The position numbers were made by a program, and so were the translations under genes. A model generated the notes under the pieces. That model did not search any database. It saw only the letters and a program-made list of their open reading frames with translations, and was not told the origin of the DNA. A stretch of DNA of 64,000 bases from the sequence record LC727698.1; one strand, given 5' to 3'. This document shows positions 30,201 to 37,901 of this stretch, piece after piece (the stretch's first letter is position 1; every line of letters begins with the position of its first letter).

Positions 30201-32813
30201 AGTTGCAGAGAGTGATCTTAGTATTTTTATAGTTTTAGTAGGTTTCCCGTCGTTATCTAGGACTATAGTAAATTCCACATTCTGTGCAAGGGTAGATTTA
30301 TTGTATTCTACTCTTATGTCAAATATACCCGGTTCCAATTCTTCGGGTGTTACGCTTAGTTCGTATTCTTTTTGCGAAGAATCCGATACTACAAATCTAT
30401 CTATTACTCTTTGTTTAGAATTTCCGTCAAATGGCACCCAGGTATGCTCATATGTGGGATTAGAGCCAGATATTGTATAATTCCATTGTTTAAAATAATA
30501 ATAACCTTTTATTGGTTCGAATTCATTTCCGTTAAAGTATTGGAATACATCCATGTGAAGATCGTGTCTAAACACAATATCGGATATTTGACCTAAGTTT
30601 TTTACTTCAATAGGAAATCCTAGTATTTCATCGTCGTATGCACTTTCTTCATTTATTTTATACGAAAAAATCTTAGATCCAGCAAATGTAGATTGCGGGA
30701 AACTATCCAACGAAATTGCATTGTTATTAGAGTCTAAATCAGTATAATATAAATTAAATAAAGGAGCTTTGTTAGCATTTGTTTTTCTATTATAAGTCCT
30801 TTCCCATTGTACTCCAGTATAATAGAACATGTCTCCTGCAAATGTATCTCCTTCAGTTACTAATACTACATCTCCTTTAGCAACTTTTGTGTATTTGTTA
30901 GGAACAGGGATTATACTGTTTACTACAGTATTGTCTGGTTGTTCTACTTTAACTATTTTCCATATATAGTCTGTTGCATTTAGTGTAAGAGTTTCGTTAT
31001 CTCTTACTATTAATTTAACAATACTATCGTCAGGCACTATATTTTTAAATTCTACTAATAGTGCATTATCTTGTTCTATTGTAAAACTAACAAAATCATC
31101 TGCAGGATTATATAAGTAGTCATACGATACTGGATCATTGTTTGCATCTCTTGTATATGCATCTATTTGAATACCTATTATATGATTACCTATATTTTGT
31201 TGAGTAAAATTAAAAGTAAAATCATTATTAAATAAAAATGTTCTTCTGGCGCCTGGTCCTTCTATTGCTTCGGCAGCCGGCTTCTTATACATGTTTACTT
31301 TATTGTTTACATTTATTTCTACTTGGTCACCAGGCAATAACCCATCTATGTTATCATTTATGATTACATCAAATGCTAAATTAGTAGGTAAGGTAGTTCC
31401 TGTAATGGTTACAATGCTATTATTCTTGCCAACCGGTGTATTTAATGTTTCTACATTAAATGTAAACGAAGTTCTTGGCTGTCTTATAGATGTTCCTCTG
31501 TTAACTACATCTATAGTCTTAATAGTTCCTACGCTAGATGGTGTATAAAATTTATATTCAATGCCATTTGTTATGTTTTCAAAACTAACATTGTTTATAT
31601 CATACGAAATAGGATTCCATTGCAATCCTTTTGTGTCTGCAATGAAATTCATTTGGTTTAATTCATCTTCGTACGAATACCATTCGGGATTGTAAAACAT
31701 TTTGTTACCACGTTTTACAATTACAAATATATCATCTGTATCAGTAAATGGTTTTCGTAATATTATATTGTATGGTGCTGCATCTGCAATAAATGTATCT
31801 ACAATTGGATAAGTTATTGTGCTATTAGATAAGAAAATTAACTTATCTTGATCTTCTAATAGTTTTCCATCAATAGTGTATGATGCAGAATTTGATATAC
31901 TAGAAATATTATCAGACTCGGCTACTAGATTAACTTCACCTAAGTAATTATTTCCAGATTTAAATAACTCTATATCTCTATCAAACTCTATAATAGGTCT
32001 TCTTGCCTTAACTGCGTTGTTATATGTAGATGTATTGGTTGCAGAGGCAGAAGTTGCCATTACAGATTTATGATACCATTTGTTAGTGCGCGACCAGGCG
32101 TTGCCATCTCTGCAGCCACGTTCTATAGTGATATAATCTACCGAACCGACCGTATCTACTAAGTGAGATTCATCTTTTACTAAAATAATACCTTTTCCAA
32201 CACCTTCTACAGTTAATGGTCTATTAAATGAAGACGAGTTAGTATATTGTATTCTGAGTCCGTTAGAAAGCTGAATAGTATTACCGTTTTCTAATGTTAT
32301 ACTGGCGTTCTTTTTTCCTATTATATTGTTTATTATCCATTCGTCTGCGTTTATACCACTTTCGTTTTCTACTGTTAACATAATAACAGGCAGCCGATCT
32401 TCTATCCAATAATAATTTTGGAAATTTATAAATTTATCTAAATCTATCGGCGGACCGAAAGAATAATATCCACCAGAAAATAAAGTGTCATTATTCTTTG
32501 TATTGGCACCATAATAATTTAACCTGTTTAACAAGTCTTGGTAAAACATTATATTTGTTTGATCTAACGTAGTAGAATCAATACTATACGAGGTTGCTTC
32601 TAACTGATACCAAGTCCGTTCTTTAGTAGGTTCTGCTAAGTAATAATCGTTTATAGGATCATGTCTACCAGGAACTCTTCTACCTATGTAAGCAGTTATA
32701 TCCTCTACATTCTTTTTAGAAAATAGTTGCTCAAATGTAGCTAAAAAGAATCTTTTTTGGGTATCTGTTCTAAATATACCAGGTAACTTGTTAAACGTTT
32801 TTAATGTTGCCAT
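21240..32813 (-). CDS. Giant baseplate wedge/structural protein (3857 aa)
   Basis: Uninterrupted 11.6-kb ORF within the baseplate operon, after the gp6-like and gp25-like genes. Confidence 0.7.
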   Translation of the reverse strand: MATLKTFNKLPGIFRTDTQKRFFLATFEQLFSKKNVEDITAYIGRRVPGRHDPINDYYLAEPTKERTWYQLEATSYSIDSTTLDQTNIMFYQDLLNRLNYYGANTKNNDTLFSGGYYSFGPPIDLDKFINFQNYYWIEDRLPVIMLTVENESGINADEWIINNIIGKKNASITLENGNTIQLSNGLRIQYTNSSSFNRPLTVEGVGKGIILVKDESHLVDTVGSVDYITIERGCRDGNAWSRTNKWYHKSVMATSASATNTSTYNNAVKARRPIIEFDRDIELFKSGNNYLGEVNLVAESDNISSISNSASYTIDGKLLEDQDKLIFLSNSTITYPIVDTFIADAAPYNIILRKPFTDTDDIFVIVKRGNKMFYNPEWYSYEDELNQMNFIADTKGLQWNPISYDINNVSFENITNGIEYKFYTPSSVGTIKTIDVVNRGTSIRQPRTSFTFNVETLNTPVGKNNSIVTITGTTLPTNLAFDVIINDNIDGLLPGDQVEINVNNKVNMYKKPAAEAIEGPGARRTFLFNNDFTFNFTQQNIGNHIIGIQIDAYTRDANNDPVSYDYLYNPADDFVSFTIEQDNALLVEFKNIVPDDSIVKLIVRDNETLTLNATDYIWKIVKVEQPDNTVVNSIIPVPNKYTKVAKGDVVLVTEGDTFAGDMFYYTGVQWERTYNRKTNANKAPLFNLYYTDLDSNNNAISLDSFPQSTFAGSKIFSYKINEESAYDDEILGFPIEVKNLGQISDIVFRHDLHMDVFQYFNGNEFEPIKGYYYFKQWNYTISGSNPTYEHTWVPFDGNSKQRVIDRFVVSDSSQKEYELSVTPEELEPGIFDIRVEYNKSTLAQNVEFTIVLDNDGKPTKTIKILRSLSATDVIQTYTYSKEALPDNALGYYQIPQQLENNPNNLEVNEYSSNELTNHFVSIMTNQIGFKGDPYSSNNNYRDTAEDKSLGTFILQNRSPLLKTMLVSSSEELNINSAIRFARDEYTRYKDKFIKYAKELIATPLNQNTNPVNIDALFTYVINRVTSTFEYNGAFTQSYMAAWGDVYDEYNFSSASVGNTLLVPTNNILGKMDSSVLVFRRSGTSVDYNTLTIDKDYILSYSNNNLVVKLSSTPSNTSYIVRIYNNILSAKIPATPSKIGCYPVYQPKIIVDTSYVTPTEVILGHDGSKIPTYGDIRDDLLLEFETRIYNNIADKFRLDYNLLLKLDDVKPTKFYENGYTLQQYNEIVKPYFLKWCLKNSLNYKLYSGFNSLNWKTWNYRPVSNDSIGSWRGLYKYYYNTLTPNKTPWEMLGFVEKPTWWDEEYNGDYTSQNTDMWTDIENGIIRRGNRAGTHEKYKRTGLVPNLIPSDASGDLKTPEELGIVPQLSNQEIETLQDEWIFGDNSPVEEAWYTNSEWPFVQLELLYLMKPADFGERYWNPLDDTRAPINAKQYISSSTYTRIANSNTYAHGEVVNGNVVLNSGYQQYVFDRLSFMGKQDVTYNFGSKIRSLDVCLAHRLAGYTNVDTLNVYADSISGGSTNSSMLLPNENIHVRVYTGKPITEYVFSGVAIRVNEYGKFEVRGYDVLNPVFKVVPRSTLVSGTTINVGGTTSNFTIYDTNVQYNYGDVVRYNGVYYQCVVIAAQGKFNQDNWMRLKSLPATGGITVNYVNEGDYSEFYEIEYGSELDTPQDVFDFLIGYGQYLELNGWKFNEIDQTTGEVLNWVTSAKGFLFWATTQWAPNNTLFVAPGASKIALEVNEGYPEKVERISNGVYSILDQNGYAISPNDTIIDRDRRTISVSHESDQIGIYLFRVSTSDTEHAILFDNKTIFNDTIYDPLLYSRQKRLQLRGIRTNDWYGKFEADGYLIQDDNLLQNFENLTDSIWHYYDTENTLDNPIIEQTARHLIGFQDREYLNNLRITGDQQYLFYKGMISQKGTKQSVDKLLRSEFIKSNENIQIYEEFAFKLADFGATNSNAQLEVLIDGDLVKSDPQIVELSYPVSYGTGKVSEVRVLSSEMIYTTTPIIVFATPEEANAGLDPNVDAYLQGNQLNSPNNSIVEEIRATGQVVLKNGRIDSVTITEPGYGYIKPPKIAIIYNQTVITIDKLISIIKNKIDEDSPYDMIITIDSDDNERWLSKPNGRMPVIVGNEIKYNDRLVPTTKQLDGNIPTAGYVNTKDVTHQILYPKNIFTLWERKDVSKPSLTSYIWVGNASSVGIDWGVFVIYSGLTPATNALYPYCVINNMVYSYTVDSDGVIDAIFDKEGKQVTNVPIQNPLFFKNVRFKNNATVNVTSGKVWIDSINSDNDWAVAVVSGSTITNIRSRQNLVDSKLFENAYFYDKDTKQTIDFLPVYDPVKGLIPGTADRNIHYKSEIDPTTYSVSANSANIDDELAFTDSEVGRLWWDTSTCRYLQYEQPGKLDGSETKEQILEYRRDNWGKLFPGSVINVYEWVSSPFTPDLYNGTGTPKSLTDYVVRYDTNSAGQATPIYYYWVKGKQEIPNNIKSRNMTSTSVENLITNPKSQGYKWFSFIGNNSFVFSNVSKTINGKTPVFQVNYRYTKNINEKHTEWKLLREGDEVSVIPTYLWNRLVDSLVGYNINGDIVPDPTLSEFSKLGIKVRPRQSMIDNRMAARKVFVQNANSLLSTISIKDFNPAWADGLASSVLWRYVNWYADGFNQFNTTPVKQVSTVGELTGLVGKLKDGDIVKLVRPEEFTLYQYSNQNFTLIGRQNSAIQLLPAIYTVSRSYTNDNALRELIFALYNNVFKDANLVMRNLVFFALINYILSEQQNLDWVFKTTYIKVNQEGESLTQQESVTTDPIQSFISYIKEIKPYTTKIRDLGVKYNVPMDIANGTAYDYDSLYDWPDDHEGEQAPFRPIEVPRLFDINSLYDRVQCGYITKPNYIDLGDQTFIGTGGQVVLIANTPNDEFIALDGISQYQLGANKDISRITSVTINGQEIEGYTFTTILNATFIILPSTPDAGDVIIVNYTDIKSVWKIKVDGKTITKEQYDVEINENGYLQVTFKSNTLIKIGSKIKLYSGTEFTQTPLEEMRLEYNARQPGKVLKPIFDLAIDPAGKIAGGWGIPKWGQLRWGIPGTIQEGNRQLWTEYLQYSGAAGRYILYQTDLQRDILSAAPINGSYPYSSFTERLYESSAGERDVLFQFNERFGDEYGCDYEGKVIDAKDFEYIFSRPWDSTKWDEYAWDASTATYVITPNYTETSATVISEGKTTFVIRYVVDITSVTLNGSSTQYTATKGSNFTSIEVPGAVEGDEIVFTFNPVTNTFNSDTSKPIIDGAYFEDTDVREGIPEEQALVSPTENMVIIVDSNAKTTEVQYVVTNTDTSNPFVKIVLTEKIVLQDIIGLVINGDPNTEDKLKFNIDNNGINTVVIAYPTSFSTGDIISVVYKDNYTSQTTVANDYRFDTNSVVRDNTQGYITVDLRNTKQNKDINTWDTFAWDPSIDSPENADSVYLLPIDMPTIANPDEVVAQASGQLTYKFVDITANGVDTMIHTGMNILPNRVQGVYSSGVAMYGYTVVVDNSGITPELVINFEIAPSAGTVITVKYQSYSIMKLDDYVSYVMNKYNITSVTTSEYKLQTLDMFVAANKRMISVSNNLYTRKSKEILYTNTKLFTVDTSIRNFVGETVYINGISKTKDKDYTIEFTNITGDNAKLLVVYKGTLNAGDIIRIDWTETNIQKVTDIVNNSWVAVFNEQHNFINPVTMQGDNVVIKYPAKPLSFRVHLDEMGETHYVRISDYYSTRLAKPLKLTDKSIELVDASAIVDPSSSKPGVVWIGTERIEFLYKRGNKLHGLTRGSLGTSVYTGTNGDTTVPLYTRVFDGSYKQEQEDTGKYIWENNNGGLALSTTPWAIFLQNRPGSGLTP

Positions 32814-32819
32814 TTTTAG

Positions 32820-35800
32820 TTAAATTCTCATATTCATTTCTGTTAAGTTATTTACTATCTCTACATTAGCTACAGTTGCAGTAGATATAAACAATTCATC
32901 CGATTCTGCTCTAATTTGGAATAAATTACCAAATTTAGAAGTTTGTTCTATAGGTACTATAACAACCGAACCTATAACTCCCGCTAGGGTTTGGTGAATG
33001 TATGCTGCTAATTCTGTATAATAGAATGATTCACCGAAATCCCAGTTGTTTATGTTAAAATATTCGTCTATTGCAGAAACAACTTTAGATTTTATTTCGT
33101 TATCAGTTAAAGTAGTAGAACCTACTTTAACTACTTTGAATGTACATTTGTATTCTTCTCTTGCTTGCTGACCAAATAATACTTTAAATCTAGCAGGCTG
33201 GAATACAATTTGGTCTGACAGCATTTTGTATGTACTAAGATCACCAAATTGTATTCTTAGTTCTTCAGTAGTAGGCGATTCAGGGAAACGTTCGATAGGT
33301 AAATTTTGATTTTTCCATTTAAGGATATCGTCATAATACGATTGTGTTAAAGTTACCATATCTACAATATTACTTATACTAGGATCTATTCTGTTATCTG
33401 AAGGAGCATAATGTTTCCATTTATAATGCAACGGATAAAACTGAGAATCCTCATTCTGTGTATAACCCCTTCCGTTACTAACACTATGGTCATCATCAAA
33501 CACATATGATAATACAGCATAACTTGCAGTTAATGTCATAAACTGTGCTAATGAAGACGAATTAGCCTTCGCTGCGGTTATACCTGTTATTTCGTTAATA
33601 GTTTGGTTATTTCCATTGTTAATGCGTATTGTTTCAAAAATACGACTACCAGGAGAATCTAAATTCTGTGTTACAATATTTATTCCGTCATTTTCTATGC
33701 GTTCTATAAAAATAGTTGTCCCATCAACACTATTGTTACTATTATAATTATCAGAATATATTGCTTCTAATACTTTAGTCCTTAGCAATGATTTAAAAGA
33801 TGATTCTGCTGCACTTGCAATTAAAACTAAGTCCCTTGCAACAACATCATTATAATTAAAATCTAAACTATTAGGATTCTGTTGTCGAAGATCTAACCAA
33901 GATGCTTGCCATAATCTATTATATTCATACCCGTCGTAATCTGTAGTTTTTTCGTGAAAAACTAAATCCGTAGGTGAAACAAATTGTTCGAAAATAAAAG
34001 TATTATCTGGTATACCGTCTCTATCTCTATCTGCAGGAACTACTACTATTTTTCTGGGATCACTATAGCCGTCAGATTCTATAAATGTTTGGAAAGAATT
34101 CCAGACAATAGAATTACCCAATTGGCCTTGATTAGAATAAAATATTCGTATAATATCGTTAACTTGTTGCCCTACGTATTCTGCATCTAAAATGCCAGCA
34201 GATGCGGCGCCTGTCGGTAATGCACCCGGTAATAATATGCCGTTTTGCCAGTACTGAATTTCTTTAGGTAAAGTATCTCTGTATTTTAAAATTATTTTGT
34301 TGTCAGGATATGTTAAACTAACTATACCATTAACCAAACGCCATTGACCGTTTCCGATAAACTGCCAATTTTCTACTATAGTAGGACCTGTGTTAATTCC
34401 TAGTATTTCTATTTCATCTCGTTGTGCAGAACCAGTGTTTATATCAAATTCGGTTTCGTCAGTATCGTAGTAAAATTCTACGGTACCATTTGTTTCAAAT
34501 ATAAACTTTGTTCCTCTTGATAAAAATGTGTAATTATCTGTTTCGGTAGAGTACGTCAAAACAAGCATCCAGTCTTTTCTAACTGCAGGTTGAGATAAAG
34601 ATAAATCGAATTCAAAATTATCTAAATTTGTAGTGGGTACGCCCAATACAATAAACCACGAACCTTCTGGATCTACATCTATATCGTACTTTAATCCAAA
34701 TTCATTTCTTCTAAATAGTTGATTTGCTATATCTGTAGTTTCTTCTGTATCAAACGTTGTTTTATATCTAGGATATACACTATCTACATACCAATTGGCT
34801 GGAATTTCTATATCAAATACAAATAAACTTGCGTTTAATCTAGTTGCAATAAACTCATTATCTGTAGTTGCATCCCCTTGTGACACCGGGTTAGTAATAC
34901 TTTTAACGGTTACTTCTTTATATTCTGTACCGTTTGTAAATTTAATTTTAGATCCGACAGAAAGGAATCTAAATTCCCCTTCTGGTCTATTATTATAATT
35001 CGTAGGATATATATAGTTTGTAGATCCTTTAACTAAGTATCCTGTATTAGTTGCATCAGACGACGGATACGTTACCCACCTTGCTTGAGTAGAAGTGTAT
35101 CTAAATATATTAGGAACTCCAGGACGAACAATAGAGGTATTTATGGGGTTAGGAGTTGGGTTTTGTCTATATCTTATATACTCGCTCAGGTAATTATTCC
35201 AATAAAAGTTGATTAAATCTTGATTTCTAATAAATGTCTGTAAATTATTTCTAACTACTATATTTTCGCTAACTAATTTATCACCCATTGCTACTGTAGT
35301 AGAAGGCACAGTACTCTGATTGTATATAGAACCATCTTCGCCGAAAATATTTAAATTTTGATGAAATCCAGTGGGATCGTTAATATCTATGTATCTAGAA
35401 TGTCCAGAATGAGTTCTATTGATAGCATGAACTTTTGCAATAGAACTACCCTGTGTTAACGGGAAAACATTATAGTCCTCGTTGTTTACCATTCTATCTT
35501 GGGTATAGTATACTTGCGGTGCTCTGGTTTTTATCTCATCGTTTGTTTCTGTAGGCGAAGAATTAGATATAGTTTGTTCTAAACTAAAAATTAATCGAAG
35601 ATCATATTGTTGAGAATCCGCACCTATATACGGTATTACTAATTCCATTCCAGATGCTTCTTCCGGACGTAAAGTAAAAGTAGTGTTAGATGAAACTCTA
35701 TACCATACTCGGAATGTACCTGTAGGAATAGTACCGAAATTTCCATCAGAGAATTTAACAGAAATTTGATCATTAACTCTAGAAACTACTTCAAATATAT

Positions 35801-36779
35801 TTCTTATACCTAAGTTAATACTATTATAAATTATATTTGTCCCACCCGAAACGTTAGGTACCTTAGTCCATTTTTCTTCAACAGTTCCGATTTCGTTAAT
35901 TTCTTGGACCCACACATCGGTTTCGTTTATATTTCTATCATTTATATCTATAATTCTATTTTGAACAGGGAAATCGAATGCAAAATCTTTAAATGCAAGA
36001 GTACCCTGTTTAAATTGTAAAAAGAAACCTGTGTTTGCAGAATCTAGTCCTTGTCCATCGTTCCTGTATATAACATGAAACGCATCGTCTGGATCGGGTT
36101 GTCTTTCCGTAAATGTTTCGTCAAAATCTGAGTTAACTACTTCAAACGGTAGGGCTACATTATTAACAACTATCGGTATAGGAAATGCAACGTTTACCCT
36201 TTTTACGTTGTTTAATTGATATAAGCTAGTAGGTATATTACCTACTGTTCCACTTTTAAATGGTCTACCGAATGGATTAGTAGAAGCAAATGCCGCATTT
36301 AATATAGTTATAAACTTGTCATAACTATCTATATCGTTAGGATCATTCCAAAATACAGTTCTATTATTTAAATTCCTTTCTTGAGAATCTGTAACTGGTT
36401 CTGACGTTTGCACACCTATTAATTTAAATAATCCTTTAGCAGGTATATTTCGTTTAGGTTGATAGTTTATCATTCTAGCTAAACGTATAATGCTATCCCT
36501 ACGCTCAGCAGTATCCATAAAGTTTTCTCTAGAATTTAAATCCATTCTGAATGCAAGACTAGTTCCCAGATATGCAAGTAATTCTATAATAGCAATAAAT
36601 TCGGAGCTTTCTATGTAATCATTAAAATCCTCAGGATAATGAATTTGAACATAATTAACTAACGCAGTCTTTAAGGAATCAAAATCATATGCTTTGAAAT
36701 CGACGTCCTTGAAACTTTTATATATTTTTCTATAATCTTCTGCTGCGAACAGATTAGATTGTCTTACGTCTTGTGACAT
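32820..36779 (-). CDS. gp6: Baseplate wedge subunit, gp6-like
   Basis: YDFDSLK..L..Y....YPEDFNDYIESSE...IELLAY...E.F..TAERRDSI.RLA N-terminus. Confidence 0.8.
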   Translation of the reverse strand: MSQDVRQSNLFAAEDYRKIYKSFKDVDFKAYDFDSLKTALVNYVQIHYPEDFNDYIESSEFIAIIELLAYLGTSLAFRMDLNSRENFMDTAERRDSIIRLARMINYQPKRNIPAKGLFKLIGVQTSEPVTDSQERNLNNRTVFWNDPNDIDSYDKFITILNAAFASTNPFGRPFKSGTVGNIPTSLYQLNNVKRVNVAFPIPIVVNNVALPFEVVNSDFDETFTERQPDPDDAFHVIYRNDGQGLDSANTGFFLQFKQGTLAFKDFAFDFPVQNRIIDINDRNINETDVWVQEINEIGTVEEKWTKVPNVSGGTNIIYNSINLGIRNIFEVVSRVNDQISVKFSDGNFGTIPTGTFRVWYRVSSNTTFTLRPEEASGMELVIPYIGADSQQYDLRLIFSLEQTISNSSPTETNDEIKTRAPQVYYTQDRMVNNEDYNVFPLTQGSSIAKVHAINRTHSGHSRYIDINDPTGFHQNLNIFGEDGSIYNQSTVPSTTVAMGDKLVSENIVVRNNLQTFIRNQDLINFYWNNYLSEYIRYRQNPTPNPINTSIVRPGVPNIFRYTSTQARWVTYPSSDATNTGYLVKGSTNYIYPTNYNNRPEGEFRFLSVGSKIKFTNGTEYKEVTVKSITNPVSQGDATTDNEFIATRLNASLFVFDIEIPANWYVDSVYPRYKTTFDTEETTDIANQLFRRNEFGLKYDIDVDPEGSWFIVLGVPTTNLDNFEFDLSLSQPAVRKDWMLVLTYSTETDNYTFLSRGTKFIFETNGTVEFYYDTDETEFDINTGSAQRDEIEILGINTGPTIVENWQFIGNGQWRLVNGIVSLTYPDNKIILKYRDTLPKEIQYWQNGILLPGALPTGAASAGILDAEYVGQQVNDIIRIFYSNQGQLGNSIVWNSFQTFIESDGYSDPRKIVVVPADRDRDGIPDNTFIFEQFVSPTDLVFHEKTTDYDGYEYNRLWQASWLDLRQQNPNSLDFNYNDVVARDLVLIASAAESSFKSLLRTKVLEAIYSDNYNSNNSVDGTTIFIERIENDGINIVTQNLDSPGSRIFETIRINNGNNQTINEITGITAAKANSSSLAQFMTLTASYAVLSYVFDDDHSVSNGRGYTQNEDSQFYPLHYKWKHYAPSDNRIDPSISNIVDMVTLTQSYYDDILKWKNQNLPIERFPESPTTEELRIQFGDLSTYKMLSDQIVFQPARFKVLFGQQAREEYKCTFKVVKVGSTTLTDNEIKSKVVSAIDEYFNINNWDFGESFYYTELAAYIHQTLAGVIGSVVIVPIEQTSKFGNLFQIRAESDELFISTATVANVEIVNNLTEMNMRI

Positions 36780-36793
36780 GAATTAATTCCTAC

Positions 36794-37186
36794 TTATAAT
36801 CTATCTATGTTAGAACTATTTTCTTGAGTAAAAATAGCAATAAGCCTTTCTGGTGTTTGGTATGGCAAAAATGTAAGTAATACCTCTATTCTTATTCCGT
36901 TGTGAAGTTGTATTACTTTTATATCGTCATCGCTGTTTAATTGAACTCTCGGATCAGAACCGATTACGTCCTTAACATCATCTACAACTATTCCTACTGT
37001 ATATTCGTCTAGGGGATCCATTACATAGTCGTGTATGATACTCCCGAATTCGGGCAACATAACTCGTTCGCCCTTTCTTGTATAGAAATGATTCATTAAA
37101 TCTACTTTAACTAAATCTATGTCATTTACTTGATACGGTGGCCTAACTTTACCTACCGTAGAAAATCCAATAAACACTTTTGCCAC
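36794..37186 (-). CDS. gp25: Baseplate wedge subunit, gp25-like
   Basis: TRKGERVMLPEFGS.I...V.DP and DPRV motifs. Confidence 0.85.
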   Translation of the reverse strand: MAKVFIGFSTVGKVRPPYQVNDIDLVKVDLMNHFYTRKGERVMLPEFGSIIHDYVMDPLDEYTVGIVVDDVKDVIGSDPRVQLNSDDDIKVIQLHNGIRIEVLLTFLPYQTPERLIAIFTQENSSNIDRL

Positions 37187-37322
37187 TTTATTATTCCTGT
37201 TTATTTCAATATTTATCTGGATATTTTTCTACATACTTAACTTGACGGATAACAGTAAAATTAGTATACTGTGTGCATGTTAAGTAATTCCGCTTAACAG
37301 TAACCAAGCTAAGAAAAAGAAA

Positions 37323-37565
37323 ATGGCAAAAGAAAAAGTAACTTTCCCTATCTATAAATTCAACCGCATTGCAGAAATGGCTGACAAATATAATTCTAAA
37401 ACTAAGACACAACGGTTTCAAGTTATGTCTAAGTTTAAAGGAACTCAGCTCATAGAAGTTGGACTGTACGATACTAAAGATAAGAAATATGTACTAGTAG
37501 ATACACGCCATTATACAATGGATGATTGTATAAAAGAAATGGAATCTATGATTTCGGGAAAGTAA
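37323..37565 (+). CDS. Hypothetical protein (moron-like insert)
   Basis: Own promoter TTGACG-N17-TATACT (37242-37270); hairpin at 37577-37604. Confidence 0.7.
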   Translation: MAKEKVTFPIYKFNRIAEMADKYNSKTKTQRFQVMSKFKGTQLIEVGLYDTKDKKYVLVDTRHYTMDDCIKEMESMISGK

Positions 37566-37609
37566 CTTAAACAGAAGGGAGGGGGTTAAGTAACTAACCC
37601 CCTATTTTT

Positions 37610-37894
37610 ATGCCCGGAAAATTAAAGTATCATAATAGCTACGACTTTATATGCGGCGTCTATGTTATCGCAAAAGATTCCCACAAGGAACAGTATGTAT
37701 GCATAGCTTTATCTGAAGACTTAGACGAAGAATATATATTTAATGAAATCGATTTTTATAGTGTACGCTATATAAAAGATAATTTCTACGATGTATATTG
37801 CAAATTCGATTTATTTACTTTTGCTAGAATGTTGGCAACACATTTAGAATTATTGTACGACAGAAGATACAATTATTTTAATGACGATTTATAA
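37610..37894 (+). CDS. Hypothetical protein
   Basis: 94-aa ORF ending at a bidirectional hairpin AAAGGAGC/GCTCCTTT near 37893-37914. Confidence 0.6.
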   Translation: MPGKLKYHNSYDFICGVYVIAKDSHKEQYVCIALSEDLDEEYIFNEIDFYSVRYIKDNFYDVYCKFDLFTFARMLATHLELLYDRRYNYFNDDL

Positions 37895-37901
37895 AGGAGC
37901 A

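Noticed and set aside
17524-36779. Many plus-strand ORFs of 60-143 aa inside the tail and baseplate genes
   Set aside because: Antisense shadows of long minus-strand genes, without RBS or recognisable motifs.
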